35,354 nt of DNA, from positions 1 through 35,354 of the forward strand of contig JAWBTQ010000014.1 of the NCBI GenBank assembly GCA_038841535.1, written 5' to 3'. Under the pieces are notes generated by a model. It saw nothing but the letters and a program-made list of their open reading frames with translations. It was not told where the DNA came from and made no database searches. Origin of the DNA: Sulfolobales archaeon. Its GTDB lineage: Archaea > Thermoproteota > Thermoprotei_A > Sulfolobales > NBVN01. The first letter of the stretch is position 1. Every line of letters starts with the position of its first letter. Position numbers and translations under genes: made by a program. Shown here piece after piece: positions 17,031 through 25,692 of this stretch.

Positions 17031-17065
17031 AAACAGCTACTCAAGGCTAGCGATAAAGTGATGAG

Positions 17066-17860
17066 CTATTTGCGCGTACTGTCGGGTTCTATGTAGGTAA
17101 TGGGTCGCAAGTTTATTGAATCAAGCTTCTTTTTCACGTTTTTATATAGTCTTACTATCTCTAGCTCAACTGTTTTAGGTATTTCCTCATCTATCTTAGA
17201 CAATCCATATATCAATTCAGCTATTTCACGCGGCTTATTGAACGAGGACATTACAGCTATCAAGAGGGTTCTACCGGGAATGAAACCTGCTTTAACTAAT
17301 TTTTCAATGGAGCTAAGCTGGCAGCTATAGTACTCCTTTGAGGCTCCCGTGAGTAAACTAAATGTATCCGGGTTAGCGCCCTTTAGCGACACTCTTATAG
17401 AGATGTTCTTTTCACTAAACTCTCCTAACTCACCAACTCGATCGTCACTGCATCCTAACAAAATCCCGTTCGTCTCTATAACTAGCAGGATCTTGTTCGA
17501 CCTTCTTGAAAAATCTTTCATGACCTCTAGTAGATGGTCAATGCATATAGTGGGTTCGCCACCAGAAATTCTGGTGACTCTCGCCTTGGTTTCTACAGAA
17601 CCGAGGACTAGTTTTCTAGCTACTTCCTCTGGGGTTAGATAAAACCCGAGGTCAAACCTGTTCTTAAACCATGCCCAGCAGAAAACGCAGTCGAGATTGC
17701 ACCCGATAACGTATCCAGCGAAGGAGCCACCATACCAACTTCCGTGCGAAAAACCGTAGTATTTTCTAAGAAGTTCACCGTACAGAGACCTAGACGTGAC
17801 TTTCTCTTCAATCAACCTAGCTGTAGCCAGAGGGTCACTACTCTTCTTCGATGATCCCAT
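17066..17860 (-). CDS. Radical SAM protein (archaeal COG5014-like)
   Basis: WYGG...GCNLDCVFCW, RISGGEPT, IETNG, RVSLKG. Confidence 0.85.
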   Translation of the reverse strand: MGSSKKSSDPLATARLIEEKVTSRSLYGELLRKYYGFSHGSWYGGSFAGYVIGCNLDCVFCWAWFKNRFDLGFYLTPEEVARKLVLGSVETKARVTRISGGEPTICIDHLLEVMKDFSRRSNKILLVIETNGILLGCSDDRVGELGEFSEKNISIRVSLKGANPDTFSLLTGASKEYYSCQLSSIEKLVKAGFIPGRTLLIAVMSSFNKPREIAELIYGLSKIDEEIPKTVELEIVRLYKNVKKKLDSINLRPITYIEPDSTRK

Positions 17861-18719
17861 AGAGCTCCCTTCTTCTAGCTTCGAGAAGGTTTGGTTCCCG
17901 CCCCAGGAACTCAGCGGCCGAGATAGGTAGCCTACTAGACAATACTGAGACTTCTCTAAGAAGCTCAGAGTAACCTAAGTCTCTCATAAGGTGATGATCT
18001 ACTATGAGTACATTGACGCACCTAGATAGAGTAGCTAAATTGCTTTTAGCTCTCGCTATCTCCTCTTTCATGTACGCCCTGCCGACTAAGTATGTTGGTG
18101 GACCATCGACGATAGCTACTCTAGAGCCGCACATAAATTTGACAACATACTCCTCTAGGGGTCCTTCAACATCCGATGAGTAACTAATTACTTCTCCCCC
18201 CTCTTCTATCTTGACCATGAGGACGTACCCGAGCTTAGTGCTATTGCCGTGTGGAACGGGTACGGAAAAAACGATTTTAGTGTTGCCTAACTGAACGAGC
18301 TGCCCATCTGCCACTTGTACTCTAGCTTCAACTGTCCTAAGCCTCCTCAAAAACCTCGAAGCCCTAATCTTCTGAGATAAGTTAATGTTTTTCGTGGGGT
18401 CTTTAACTAGCACGAACTTAGATGCGTACTTCTCCACAGGGATCCTGAAGCCCGGGTCGTGGTGGTCGTAATGGTAGTGAGTTACAACTACTACATCTGA
18501 GTCTACTAGTTCAGCCTCTATCTTCGAGGTGTACTCCTCTAGCGACTCTAGTTCCAACTGGTGCGGGGGGAGTCCGAACCTGACAGGAGCTAGGGCAGCA
18601 GACGGATCAATGATTATCTTAGCGTTACTGGTCCTCACAACAGTAGCCATAGATCTAACTCCTAAGCTGTCAAACGCTATCGGGATTACCTCGATGTTCC
18701 CACAATAGGGGTTCTCCAG
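17838..18719 (-). CDS. UPF0282 / COG2248 metallo-beta-lactamase-fold protein (start uncertain; frame is open upstream of ATG 18650)
   Basis: IIIDPSAALAP, THYHYDHH, PHG, SDVEGP, DGPPTY, DHHLMRD, EARR. The upstream in-frame IPIAFDSLGVRSMA is the family N-terminus. Confidence 0.85.
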   Translation of the reverse strand: MENPYCGNIEVIPIAFDSLGVRSMATVVRTSNAKIIIDPSAALAPVRFGLPPHQLELESLEEYTSKIEAELVDSDVVVVTHYHYDHHDPGFRIPVEKYASKFVLVKDPTKNINLSQKIRASRFLRRLRTVEARVQVADGQLVQLGNTKIVFSVPVPHGNSTKLGYVLMVKIEEGGEVISYSSDVEGPLEEYVVKFMCGSRVAIVDGPPTYLVGRAYMKEEIARAKSNLATLSRCVNVLIVDHHLMRDLGYSELLREVSVLSSRLPISAAEFLGREPNLLEARRRELYGIIEEE

Positions 18720-18778
18720 TTAGGTTAATAACAACTTTCTTTTTTACCTTTTCGCATACGTATAAAGTGGGTTAAGCC

Positions 18779-19891
18779 ATGTACGAAATAACTAAAGAGC
18801 AGGTCTACTCATTACTTAAAAAGCTTTCTGAAACTGTCGGTCCATCGGGCTTCGAAGACTCTGTTAGAGACGTAGTTATTGAGGAGCTTAAGCCGCACGC
18901 AGATTCCCTCTGGATTGACTCCCTCGGTAACGTGATAGCTGTTAAGAAAGGCTCTAGGGGGAGCGGCAAGCTAATGCTGGCTGGTCACATGGACGAAATA
19001 GGTCTGATCGTAAGCCACGTAGACCAGAGGGGGTTTATAAGGTTTCAGCCCATAGGGGGAGTATCTGAAAGAACTCTACTAGGGCAGAGAGTCGTGATTA
19101 AGACAAGGGATGGGAGAGTCATACGCGGCGTTATAGGTAGCAAGCCTCCGCATATAATGAAACCAGAAGAGCTTAAGCAAGTTCCAGAGACTAAAGACAT
19201 GTACATCGATGTAGGGGCTTCTAGCAAAGATGAAGTGGAAAGGATGGGTGTAACCGTAGGGACCATAGCCGTATTCGATAGAGACCTCACCATCGTCGGA
19301 GGCTCGTCTGAGGTTGTGACTGGAAAGGCTTTGGACGATAGAGTAGGTGTAGTGGCCGCCATAGAGGGTTTCAAGGCTATAGATAGTAACGAAGTCGATG
19401 TTTACGCTGTTGCTACAGTCCAGGAAGAAGTAGGTCTTAAAGGGGCTAGAGTTGCTGCTTACTCGATCACTCCGGACGTAGCGATAGCGCTCGATGTCAC
19501 TATAGCTAGTGACGTAGCAGGTGTTCCAGAACAGGAATGGATAACGCAGCTTGGGAAGGGGCCAGCCATTAAAGTCGTGGATGGGAGGGCTGCTACTGGA
19601 CTTATAGCTCACCCTGCTGTTAGAGACAAGCTGATAGAGATAGCTAAACAATTCAACATACCTCACCAAGTGGAGGTAGCGCCTGGGGGTACTACTGATG
19701 CGTCAATCATCGCGTTAAACAAGGAAGGAGTTCCAGCTGCCACGGTTTCCATACCCTCCAGATACATACACTCACCAGTCGAAGTAATACATCTAGCAGA
19801 TCTAGTGAACGCCTCTAAACTTACCGCCCTCTTCTCGTCTAAGATAACTTCTGAGTGGGCTATATCGATATCTAGGAGGGTCATCAAGTGA
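18779..19891 (+). CDS. M42 family (TET) aminopeptidase
   Basis: GPSGFE, AGHMDEIG, KPPH, KALDDRVG, QEEVGLKGA, GGTTDA, RYIHSPVE. Confidence 0.93.
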   Translation: MYEITKEQVYSLLKKLSETVGPSGFEDSVRDVVIEELKPHADSLWIDSLGNVIAVKKGSRGSGKLMLAGHMDEIGLIVSHVDQRGFIRFQPIGGVSERTLLGQRVVIKTRDGRVIRGVIGSKPPHIMKPEELKQVPETKDMYIDVGASSKDEVERMGVTVGTIAVFDRDLTIVGGSSEVVTGKALDDRVGVVAAIEGFKAIDSNEVDVYAVATVQEEVGLKGARVAAYSITPDVAIALDVTIASDVAGVPEQEWITQLGKGPAIKVVDGRAATGLIAHPAVRDKLIEIAKQFNIPHQVEVAPGGTTDASIIALNKEGVPAATVSIPSRYIHSPVEVIHLADLVNASKLTALFSSKITSEWAISISRRVIK

Positions 19892-20226
19892 GCGAAAGCA
19901 GAGAAATAGAGTTCGAAGAGTTTTCAAGAGTAGATATGCGGGTCGGTAGAATCAAAAAAGCTGAGAGAGTGCCAGGCTCGAGAAAGTTGCTGAAGTTAGT
20001 AGTAGACATCGGAAGAGAAGAAAGACAGGTAATAGCTGGAATAGCTGAGTGGTATAGTCCCGACGAGCTGGAGGGAAGGTACGTAATCGTGGTAGCAAAT
20101 CTTAAACCTAAGAAGATAATGGGCTACGTTTCTCAGGGGATGATACTAGCTACTTGTGAAGAGCTCACTAAACCCGTTTTAGTAACTGTTGCAGAACCAG
20201 TAAATCCCGGGGCTAAAATCTGTTGA
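19888..20226 (+). CDS. Stand-alone tRNA-binding OB-fold protein (MetRS C-terminal domain / Trbp111 / CsaA type)
   Basis: DMRVGRI, KLLKLVVDIG, RQVIAGI, ANLKPKKIMGYVSQGMILA. Confidence 0.9.
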   Translation: MSESREIEFEEFSRVDMRVGRIKKAERVPGSRKLLKLVVDIGREERQVIAGIAEWYSPDELEGRYVIVVANLKPKKIMGYVSQGMILATCEELTKPVLVTVAEPVNPGAKIC

Positions 20227-20294
20227 GCACCCACACCTAAACTCCCATAAGCACTTCTTTTTAAGTACGTAACTCAGAATTTGAGGGATAGCAA

Positions 20295-21095
20295 GTGCCG
20301 AACTTACTATCATACCTAGTGCTTACGCTACTCTCGATAACATTAGCTTCTGGTTTTAGTTCGTCGATTAATGCGACGTGCCACATCCACGGTGTTCTAG
20401 CTACGGTTACTATAAACATATTTGTTACTGCGGAGTACACAGAGATCCCGGTTCTCGGAAACCTACTAGCCATAGTGAACACGTCCCAAGGGGCGTACGT
20501 AAGCTATCGTGGTGGATACCTCGAAGTCCTAAGTCTTGGTGTCCCCTCAAACCTCACGATTACGTACATTACTGAATTGTTTAAGAACGTGAACGGAGAG
20601 TATGTAGCGGAGTTCTATAACCCTTATAGAGTTCTCGCTCTTTACCTACCATCAAATACGGTGGTTATAGAAGTATCAAATCTCAGTTACTTTCGAAAGA
20701 CCAGTGACCACTATGAGCTGGTATTCTCAGAAGGCGATGTGAGATTAGCCTACATCTTCGTAGAAGCGAGAGCCGATCGCACGACATGGCTTGATTGGAT
20801 ATGGATAGCGCTAGGAGTAATTGCTATCGGCGGTATAGGGTATACAGCGTACAACCTTTACGCTAAGCGAAAGAGAGAATTCGAAAAACTAGAAGCTCTC
20901 GACGAAAGAGACAGAGCAATAATAACCGCACTAAAGTCAGGTCCTATGATGCCGCAAGAACTAATAAAGATTACTGACATGTCTAAGGCAACGTTTTACA
21001 GGAGAATAAGGAGACTTATATCTATGGGCTATGTAGAGCAAGTCAAAAAAGACGGGAGGGTCTACTACAGACTGAAGAGAGGGGAGGTATACTAA
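20295..21095 (+). CDS. Membrane-anchored winged-HTH transcriptional regulator (COG2512-like)
   Basis: N-terminal signal peptide, beta-rich ectodomain with NAT/NTS/NLT/NLS sequons, TM helix WIWIALGVIAIGGIGY, C-terminal wHTH LDERDRAII...QELIKITDMSKATFYRRIRRLISMGYV. Confidence 0.8.
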   Translation: MPNLLSYLVLTLLSITLASGFSSSINATCHIHGVLATVTINIFVTAEYTEIPVLGNLLAIVNTSQGAYVSYRGGYLEVLSLGVPSNLTITYITELFKNVNGEYVAEFYNPYRVLALYLPSNTVVIEVSNLSYFRKTSDHYELVFSEGDVRLAYIFVEARADRTTWLDWIWIALGVIAIGGIGYTAYNLYAKRKREFEKLEALDERDRAIITALKSGPMMPQELIKITDMSKATFYRRIRRLISMGYVEQVKKDGRVYYRLKRGEVY

Positions 21096-21109
21096 GCTTA
21101 ATCGAGAAA

Positions 21110-22330
21110 TTACCTAATTAGAGATTGAATTAGTCCTATCGAAACTATGAGTACGGTTAGCACGAGAGTAGTCCACTGAATAGCTCTGTCTAATTTTTGC
21201 GCACGTATCTTCCTAAGTAGTTCCGAGACTAGCTTACCTCCATCAGTCACTATCAGAGGAGCTGAATTAACTACCGCTAGCGACAGGTTTACTATGTAGA
21301 GTAGCTGGAACTGGCAACTAGAGTACAGCAAGTGGACCGGAGTCTCACTCGAGTAGACGTAGGTATTTGGAGCGACTATTACTCCAACTCTATAGCCGTA
21401 TTTTTCCATGTCTTCACTACTCCTAAGCACCAGATACTCATCAATTTCATCTGAAGCTCTATAGTATCCGCAAAATCCCACTTCGACTAAAGCCCTTACT
21501 TTGAACTTGAATACAGCTGTTCCATAGAGAGTAGTGTTCAAGACTCCCCTAAGCTTGTCTATGGAGTCTATTGCGGTACCATTAATTTCTTCGAGTATGG
21601 CTGGCTGTTTTAGACCCACGCGACCGGCCGGCATATTTGGGTCTACTCCGAGTATCAACATGTGGGGACCCTCGAGATAAGTAGATAGAGGCTGTGCTAT
21701 CACTCCCATGAGGGCTAAAGATATGAGGCCTAGGGCCAGATTAGCCATAATCCCAGCACAGAGTACAGATGCCTTAGCGCTAAGCTTAGAGTGAGCGAAC
21801 TCCGCCTCACTTACTCTCACATAAGCTACTGGGAATATTAGTGCTATACCCACACCCCAACTCTCTATAGGAATTCCATTGATTACTGCTGTTAGCATGT
21901 GAAACAACTCGTGAACTACTAAACCCATGCCTATAGATGTCAATAGTGGAACGAGAATGTCTAAACCCAGCGTGATACCAGGAATTACTGGTACTAGTGG
22001 CGACTGAGGTGCGGGACCTCCACTGCTCAAAGACGAGAACAAGTCCACTAAATAGCTCAATATAGTTCTATAAAACAAGTAAACAGAGATAGCTAGGCAA
22101 GCGACAGAGAGCGCTAAGAGAGAGTACCTTACGTGCTTTCCTGACGAACGAGGTTTAACTCTTTTACCTAAGTCTATCATCAAGACGCCGGGTTCCACAG
22201 TCAGTTTGAGCTTAGATAGTTTCTCTCTAAAACCCTGAGAGCTCTTATTTAAATAATAGAAAAGTAGTTCAACAACAACTAATGCCACCAAAACCGTTAT
22301 TACCATCTCTCTCGACACTTGGCTCACCAA
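21110..22330 (-). CDS. Site-2 protease (M50 intramembrane metalloprotease) with PDZ-like domain
   Basis: HELFH, AYV, AGIMAN, PAGRVGL...INGTAI, NSAPLIVTDGG (NxxPxxxxDG). Confidence 0.9.
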   Translation of the reverse strand: MVSQVSREMVITVLVALVVVELLFYYLNKSSQGFREKLSKLKLTVEPGVLMIDLGKRVKPRSSGKHVRYSLLALSVACLAISVYLFYRTILSYLVDLFSSLSSGGPAPQSPLVPVIPGITLGLDILVPLLTSIGMGLVVHELFHMLTAVINGIPIESWGVGIALIFPVAYVRVSEAEFAHSKLSAKASVLCAGIMANLALGLISLALMGVIAQPLSTYLEGPHMLILGVDPNMPAGRVGLKQPAILEEINGTAIDSIDKLRGVLNTTLYGTAVFKFKVRALVEVGFCGYYRASDEIDEYLVLRSSEDMEKYGYRVGVIVAPNTYVYSSETPVHLLYSSCQFQLLYIVNLSLAVVNSAPLIVTDGGKLVSELLRKIRAQKLDRAIQWTTLVLTVLIVSIGLIQSLIR

Positions 22331-22333
22331 GTC

Positions 22334-22975
22334 CTAAAGCAGCAATTTCAAATCCAGCAGGTTTTTAATGACTACGTCCGCACCGATATTGGGGGCTCTA
22401 AGTTTGTTTCTCCTAGCTATAAGAACCGAGAACATTCCAGCACTTCTTGCTGGAACAGTATCGTATACTGTATCACCGATAACAACAGTATCTCTAGGTT
22501 CAACACCAGCTTTTTCTAAAACCTTAATGAATATGTCTGGGCTTGGCTTACCCCTACGTACCTCGTCTCCCCCCACAGTGTAGTCAAAGTAGTCAAGGAG
22601 CTCGAGCCTCTCCAGGAGTGGTATGAGCACATAGTTAGGGGTCGACGTAGCCAGACCTAAAGCGTAGCCCCGTTCTCTTAAATAGTTGAGGCACGGCTTA
22701 GCATCTGGAAACAGCCTAACTTTACCGTCAGCTATCTGGTCGAGGAAGTGTCGGTCCTTCAACCACCTTATGCTTGAATAATGCCTAAGTCCAAACTCTC
22801 CGAGGATCTCTTTGACTATGTCACCTCCTGGGAGGCCTATTAAGTCGACTAGCTCACCCCTATCTACATGACCAAGCCCTAGGCACCTTATAGCGAATGA
22901 CCAGCCTTCAGCGTGAGTATCGACGCTATCGACTAGTGTTCCATCTAAGTCAAAGACTACGAGCTTAAGGCCCAA
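22334..22975 (-). CDS. HAD-superfamily phosphatase (beta-PGM/Gph-like)
   Basis: FDLDGTLVDS, LATS, KPSPDIF, GDTVYD. Confidence 0.9.
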   Translation of the reverse strand: MGLKLVVFDLDGTLVDSVDTHAEGWSFAIRCLGLGHVDRGELVDLIGLPGGDIVKEILGEFGLRHYSSIRWLKDRHFLDQIADGKVRLFPDAKPCLNYLRERGYALGLATSTPNYVLIPLLERLELLDYFDYTVGGDEVRRGKPSPDIFIKVLEKAGVEPRDTVVIGDTVYDTVPARSAGMFSVLIARRNKLRAPNIGADVVIKNLLDLKLLL

Positions 22976-22984
22976 TCTAGCTCC

Positions 22985-23737
22985 CTACATGATCTCGCGA
23001 TCTCTATACCCGGTTTTCTCGGCCTCTTCTTTGCGGCCCATCATCTTAGCCATGGCTGCGGTAACTCTCTGCTCTACGTGAGTTGCGTACGCATCTAGCT
23101 CTTCGACTCCGATGCTCATACCTAGGAACTTAGCTAGTACTTGGATTACGTGCTTAGCTGCTCTAAAGTCAACTTCATCTACTTCGACTAAAGGTGCCCA
23201 CGTCTCACCTAGGAGGACTGCTCCAGGAATCCCAAAGTACTTACTCCAACCTATTACTATTCCGTTCATCCCGCTTATCGTGCCACCTCTGAGTTTTAGA
23301 GCTCCAATGGAAGTGAACATCTCCACAGTCTTCTGATCAGTTCCAACTACGTAAACTCTCCTAGCTTGGTCTGCTGTAGGCACTACGTAGGCTGCGGCTG
23401 CCACTACTAGCTTAACCCCCCTCCTAACTAGAGACTCGATAACCTTCTTAGAAAGAAGGTTTTGCCCCTCCGGGCTTTGAGGTTGCGCATCAGCTGTAAA
23501 CACTAAAGCCTTCCTGATATCGTATATTCTTCCAGTAAAAAGAGTGCAGAGTCCGTTGTCGTCAACCTCTAGCTGGGATGGAAAGTGAACGGAATAAACT
23601 TCTCCAACGAGGACGCCCCCCAACTTGTCTACTAAGTAGTTTGCGGTTACGTAACCAACTCTACCCATACCGGGGAGTCCAACTAGCAGTACTTTGTTCT
23701 CGAAGTCACCCTTCTTTAGCTTTATGTACACGCCCAT
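22985..23737 (-). CDS. PAC2 family (proteasome assembly chaperone-like) protein
   Basis: GLPGMGRVG, HFPS, DAQP, GTISGMNG, LLGET, DFRAAK. Confidence 0.85.
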   Translation of the reverse strand: MGVYIKLKKGDFENKVLLVGLPGMGRVGYVTANYLVDKLGGVLVGEVYSVHFPSQLEVDDNGLCTLFTGRIYDIRKALVFTADAQPQSPEGQNLLSKKVIESLVRRGVKLVVAAAAYVVPTADQARRVYVVGTDQKTVEMFTSIGALKLRGGTISGMNGIVIGWSKYFGIPGAVLLGETWAPLVEVDEVDFRAAKHVIQVLAKFLGMSIGVEELDAYATHVEQRVTAAMAKMMGRKEEAEKTGYRDREIM

Positions 23738-23800
23738 ACGAGACCCATATACTGAGTATTGGACTTATTAAAAACTAGGTGGAACGCTACGAGTCAGTGG

Positions 23801-24652
23801 TCACTCACTACTCGAAGAAGAACTACTAAAACCACTGTGAGAAGTCCTATTGTTTGACTCAGGCGTGTTGCTGGTTCCACAACTTGGTAGTGGGAACGCT
23901 ATGTAAGAGCTTCCTACCCGAATAATCTCAACTTTGACACCGTAGACCTCTTCGACGGCCTTAGACGAAAAGACGTCGCTTGGCGGTCCGTAGGCTACTA
24001 TTTTACCTTTATCGAGAAGGACTACCCTATCGCAGTATAGTGAAGCTATGTGAATATCGTGGAGAGCCACTATAGATGTCGCTCCGTATTCAACTGTGTA
24101 CTTCTTGATGATGTCCATAACCTCGAAGCGGTACCGTATGTCGAGGAACGCCGAGGGCTCGTCTAGTAAGAGCACTCTCGGTTTTTTAGTGAGAGCTGCT
24201 ACTATTACGACTCTCTGCAGTTCTCCACTGCTCAGCTGGTCTAACCTCCTGTCAAGCAAGTGAGATATCCCTAGCTCTTTTGATAGGAAGTCGACTAGCT
24301 CTAGGTCTTCCTTGCTCTCGAAGTACTGGAACACTCTGTGGAATGGGTATCTGGATGTGAGGATAAAGTCTATAACGCGTGCTGGCAGAGTTCTCGGTAG
24401 GTGCGGGTCTGAGTACGAGAGTGTTTTAGCGATTTCGTTTCGGTCATACGTCTTCAAGTCTTTTCCGTCTAAGTAAATAACCCCCTCTTCAGGCTTTATG
24501 ATAGAGGCTATCAGCTTCAGTAGAGTAGTCTTCCCGGAGCCATTCGGTCCTACCAAGCAGAGTGTTTTACCGCTATCTATTTCAAGTGATACACCATCGA
24601 CGGCTCTGGTGGAGTCGTAGCTAAACGAGACGCTCTTTAGCTCCACCCTCAC
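23801..24652 (-). CDS. Cobalamin/iron-chelate ABC transporter ATPase (BtuD/FepC-like)
   Basis: GPNGSGKTT, LSSGELQR, LLDEPSAFLD, LHD. Confidence 0.88.
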   Translation of the reverse strand: MRVELKSVSFSYDSTRAVDGVSLEIDSGKTLCLVGPNGSGKTTLLKLIASIIKPEEGVIYLDGKDLKTYDRNEIAKTLSYSDPHLPRTLPARVIDFILTSRYPFHRVFQYFESKEDLELVDFLSKELGISHLLDRRLDQLSSGELQRVVIVAALTKKPRVLLLDEPSAFLDIRYRFEVMDIIKKYTVEYGATSIVALHDIHIASLYCDRVVLLDKGKIVAYGPPSDVFSSKAVEEVYGVKVEIIRVGSSYIAFPLPSCGTSNTPESNNRTSHSGFSSSSSSSE

Positions 24653-25683
24653 TTCCTACCACCTCTGATGACTAGGTAGGCTAGGAACGGGGCTCCAATG
24701 ATGCTCGTAATGACTCCCAGAGGTAGCTCACCCCGAGTAGAAAACAGAGTAGCAAGTCTTGCTACGATATCTGCTAAAACAGTTAAAGCAGAACCCGATA
24801 GTGCTGATAAAACTATGGTAACTCTGTGGTCAGATGCTCCGTAGAGCATCCTAGATATGTGTGGGCCCGCTAGGCCGATAAAACCCACTATCCCTACTAC
24901 AGCTACTGAGGCTCCAGTTAGTAAGCTGGCTATAAATGCTGAAGCAACCGTAGTCAGCTTAACCCTATACCCCAGCTGGCTTGCGTGATGTTCTCCGAAA
25001 AGGTAAGCGTTTAGTGCCTTGGGGATGCCTAGAGCGTATAGAGCGAGAAGAGAGAGTACTGCGGGGACGACTAAGTACGGAATGTCCCGCACGAGAGTGC
25101 CACTCGTAGAACCCATTAGTAAGTTAACGTATGGATGCCTCAGCTCGTCCTGCAGTATGTAGAGAAGTACGTGTGAGACCCCAGAGAAGAGAGCGGAAAC
25201 AGCGACCCCCGAGAGCACTAGTGAAAGACCTGTACCACCTGCTAGAACTCCAAGAGACGTAGTCAGGAAGTATCCTAGGAGAGCACCTCCTAGCGCTAAT
25301 GAGATAGCAAGCTGGCGCTGAGCGAGAATGCTGACATCAACAAGCAAAGCTGCTGAGAGAACTGCCAGAGCTGTTGACGAGATCCCCAGAATAAAGGGGT
25401 CTGCTAGAGGGTTCCTAGTTATACCCTGTATTAGAACCCCGGCCACGGACAGCATGCACCCCACGAGTATTGAAGCAGTAGTCCGCGCAATCCTAAGGCT
25501 CACGACCAGCTTGATAGCCTCATCGCACCCAGCCCCCAATAGACAGCGGAGGGCTTCAAAAGGGGGTATCATCGATGAACCCACTGCCAAGGAGACTACA
25601 ACAAAAAGTAAGAGTAGAGATGAGAGAGCTACCATTAAGAAAAAGAACCTCACACTACTGGCTCTAGCAATGCGATGGGCCAT
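24649..25683 (-). CDS. FecCD/BtuC-family ABC permease
   Basis: QGITRNPLADPFILGISS, GIVGFIGLAGPH, ELPLGVITSIIGAPF. Confidence 0.9.
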   Translation of the reverse strand: MAHRIARASSVRFFFLMVALSSLLLLFVVVSLAVGSSMIPPFEALRCLLGAGCDEAIKLVVSLRIARTTASILVGCMLSVAGVLIQGITRNPLADPFILGISSTALAVLSAALLVDVSILAQRQLAISLALGGALLGYFLTTSLGVLAGGTGLSLVLSGVAVSALFSGVSHVLLYILQDELRHPYVNLLMGSTSGTLVRDIPYLVVPAVLSLLALYALGIPKALNAYLFGEHHASQLGYRVKLTTVASAFIASLLTGASVAVVGIVGFIGLAGPHISRMLYGASDHRVTIVLSALSGSALTVLADIVARLATLFSTRGELPLGVITSIIGAPFLAYLVIRGGRK

Positions 25684-25692
25684 AGACGGTCC

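Larger units (their letters stand above)
16761..17036 (-). mobile_element. 276-bp miniature non-autonomous IS607/IS605-type element (internally deleted tnpB; ends and omega-RNA region retained; copy A)
   Basis: CT dinucleotide directly repeated at both borders (16759-60, 17037-38). Three 10-bp tandem units at one end (17001-17030) and an inverted imperfect copy at the other (19/25 match). GC-rich hairpins. 59-aa mini-ORF 16945-16766 resembling, from recall, the extreme N- and C-termini of crenarchaeal TnpB proteins. Confidence 0.7.

Noticed and set aside
16766-17044. 92-aa ORF as an ordinary protein-coding gene
   Set aside because: It starts outside the element border and runs through the end repeats; better explained as part of the miniature element.
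17058-17120. GTGATGA C-box at 17058 (and weaker boxes near 27908 and 32776) as C/D sRNAs
   Set aside because: No properly spaced D', C' and D boxes.
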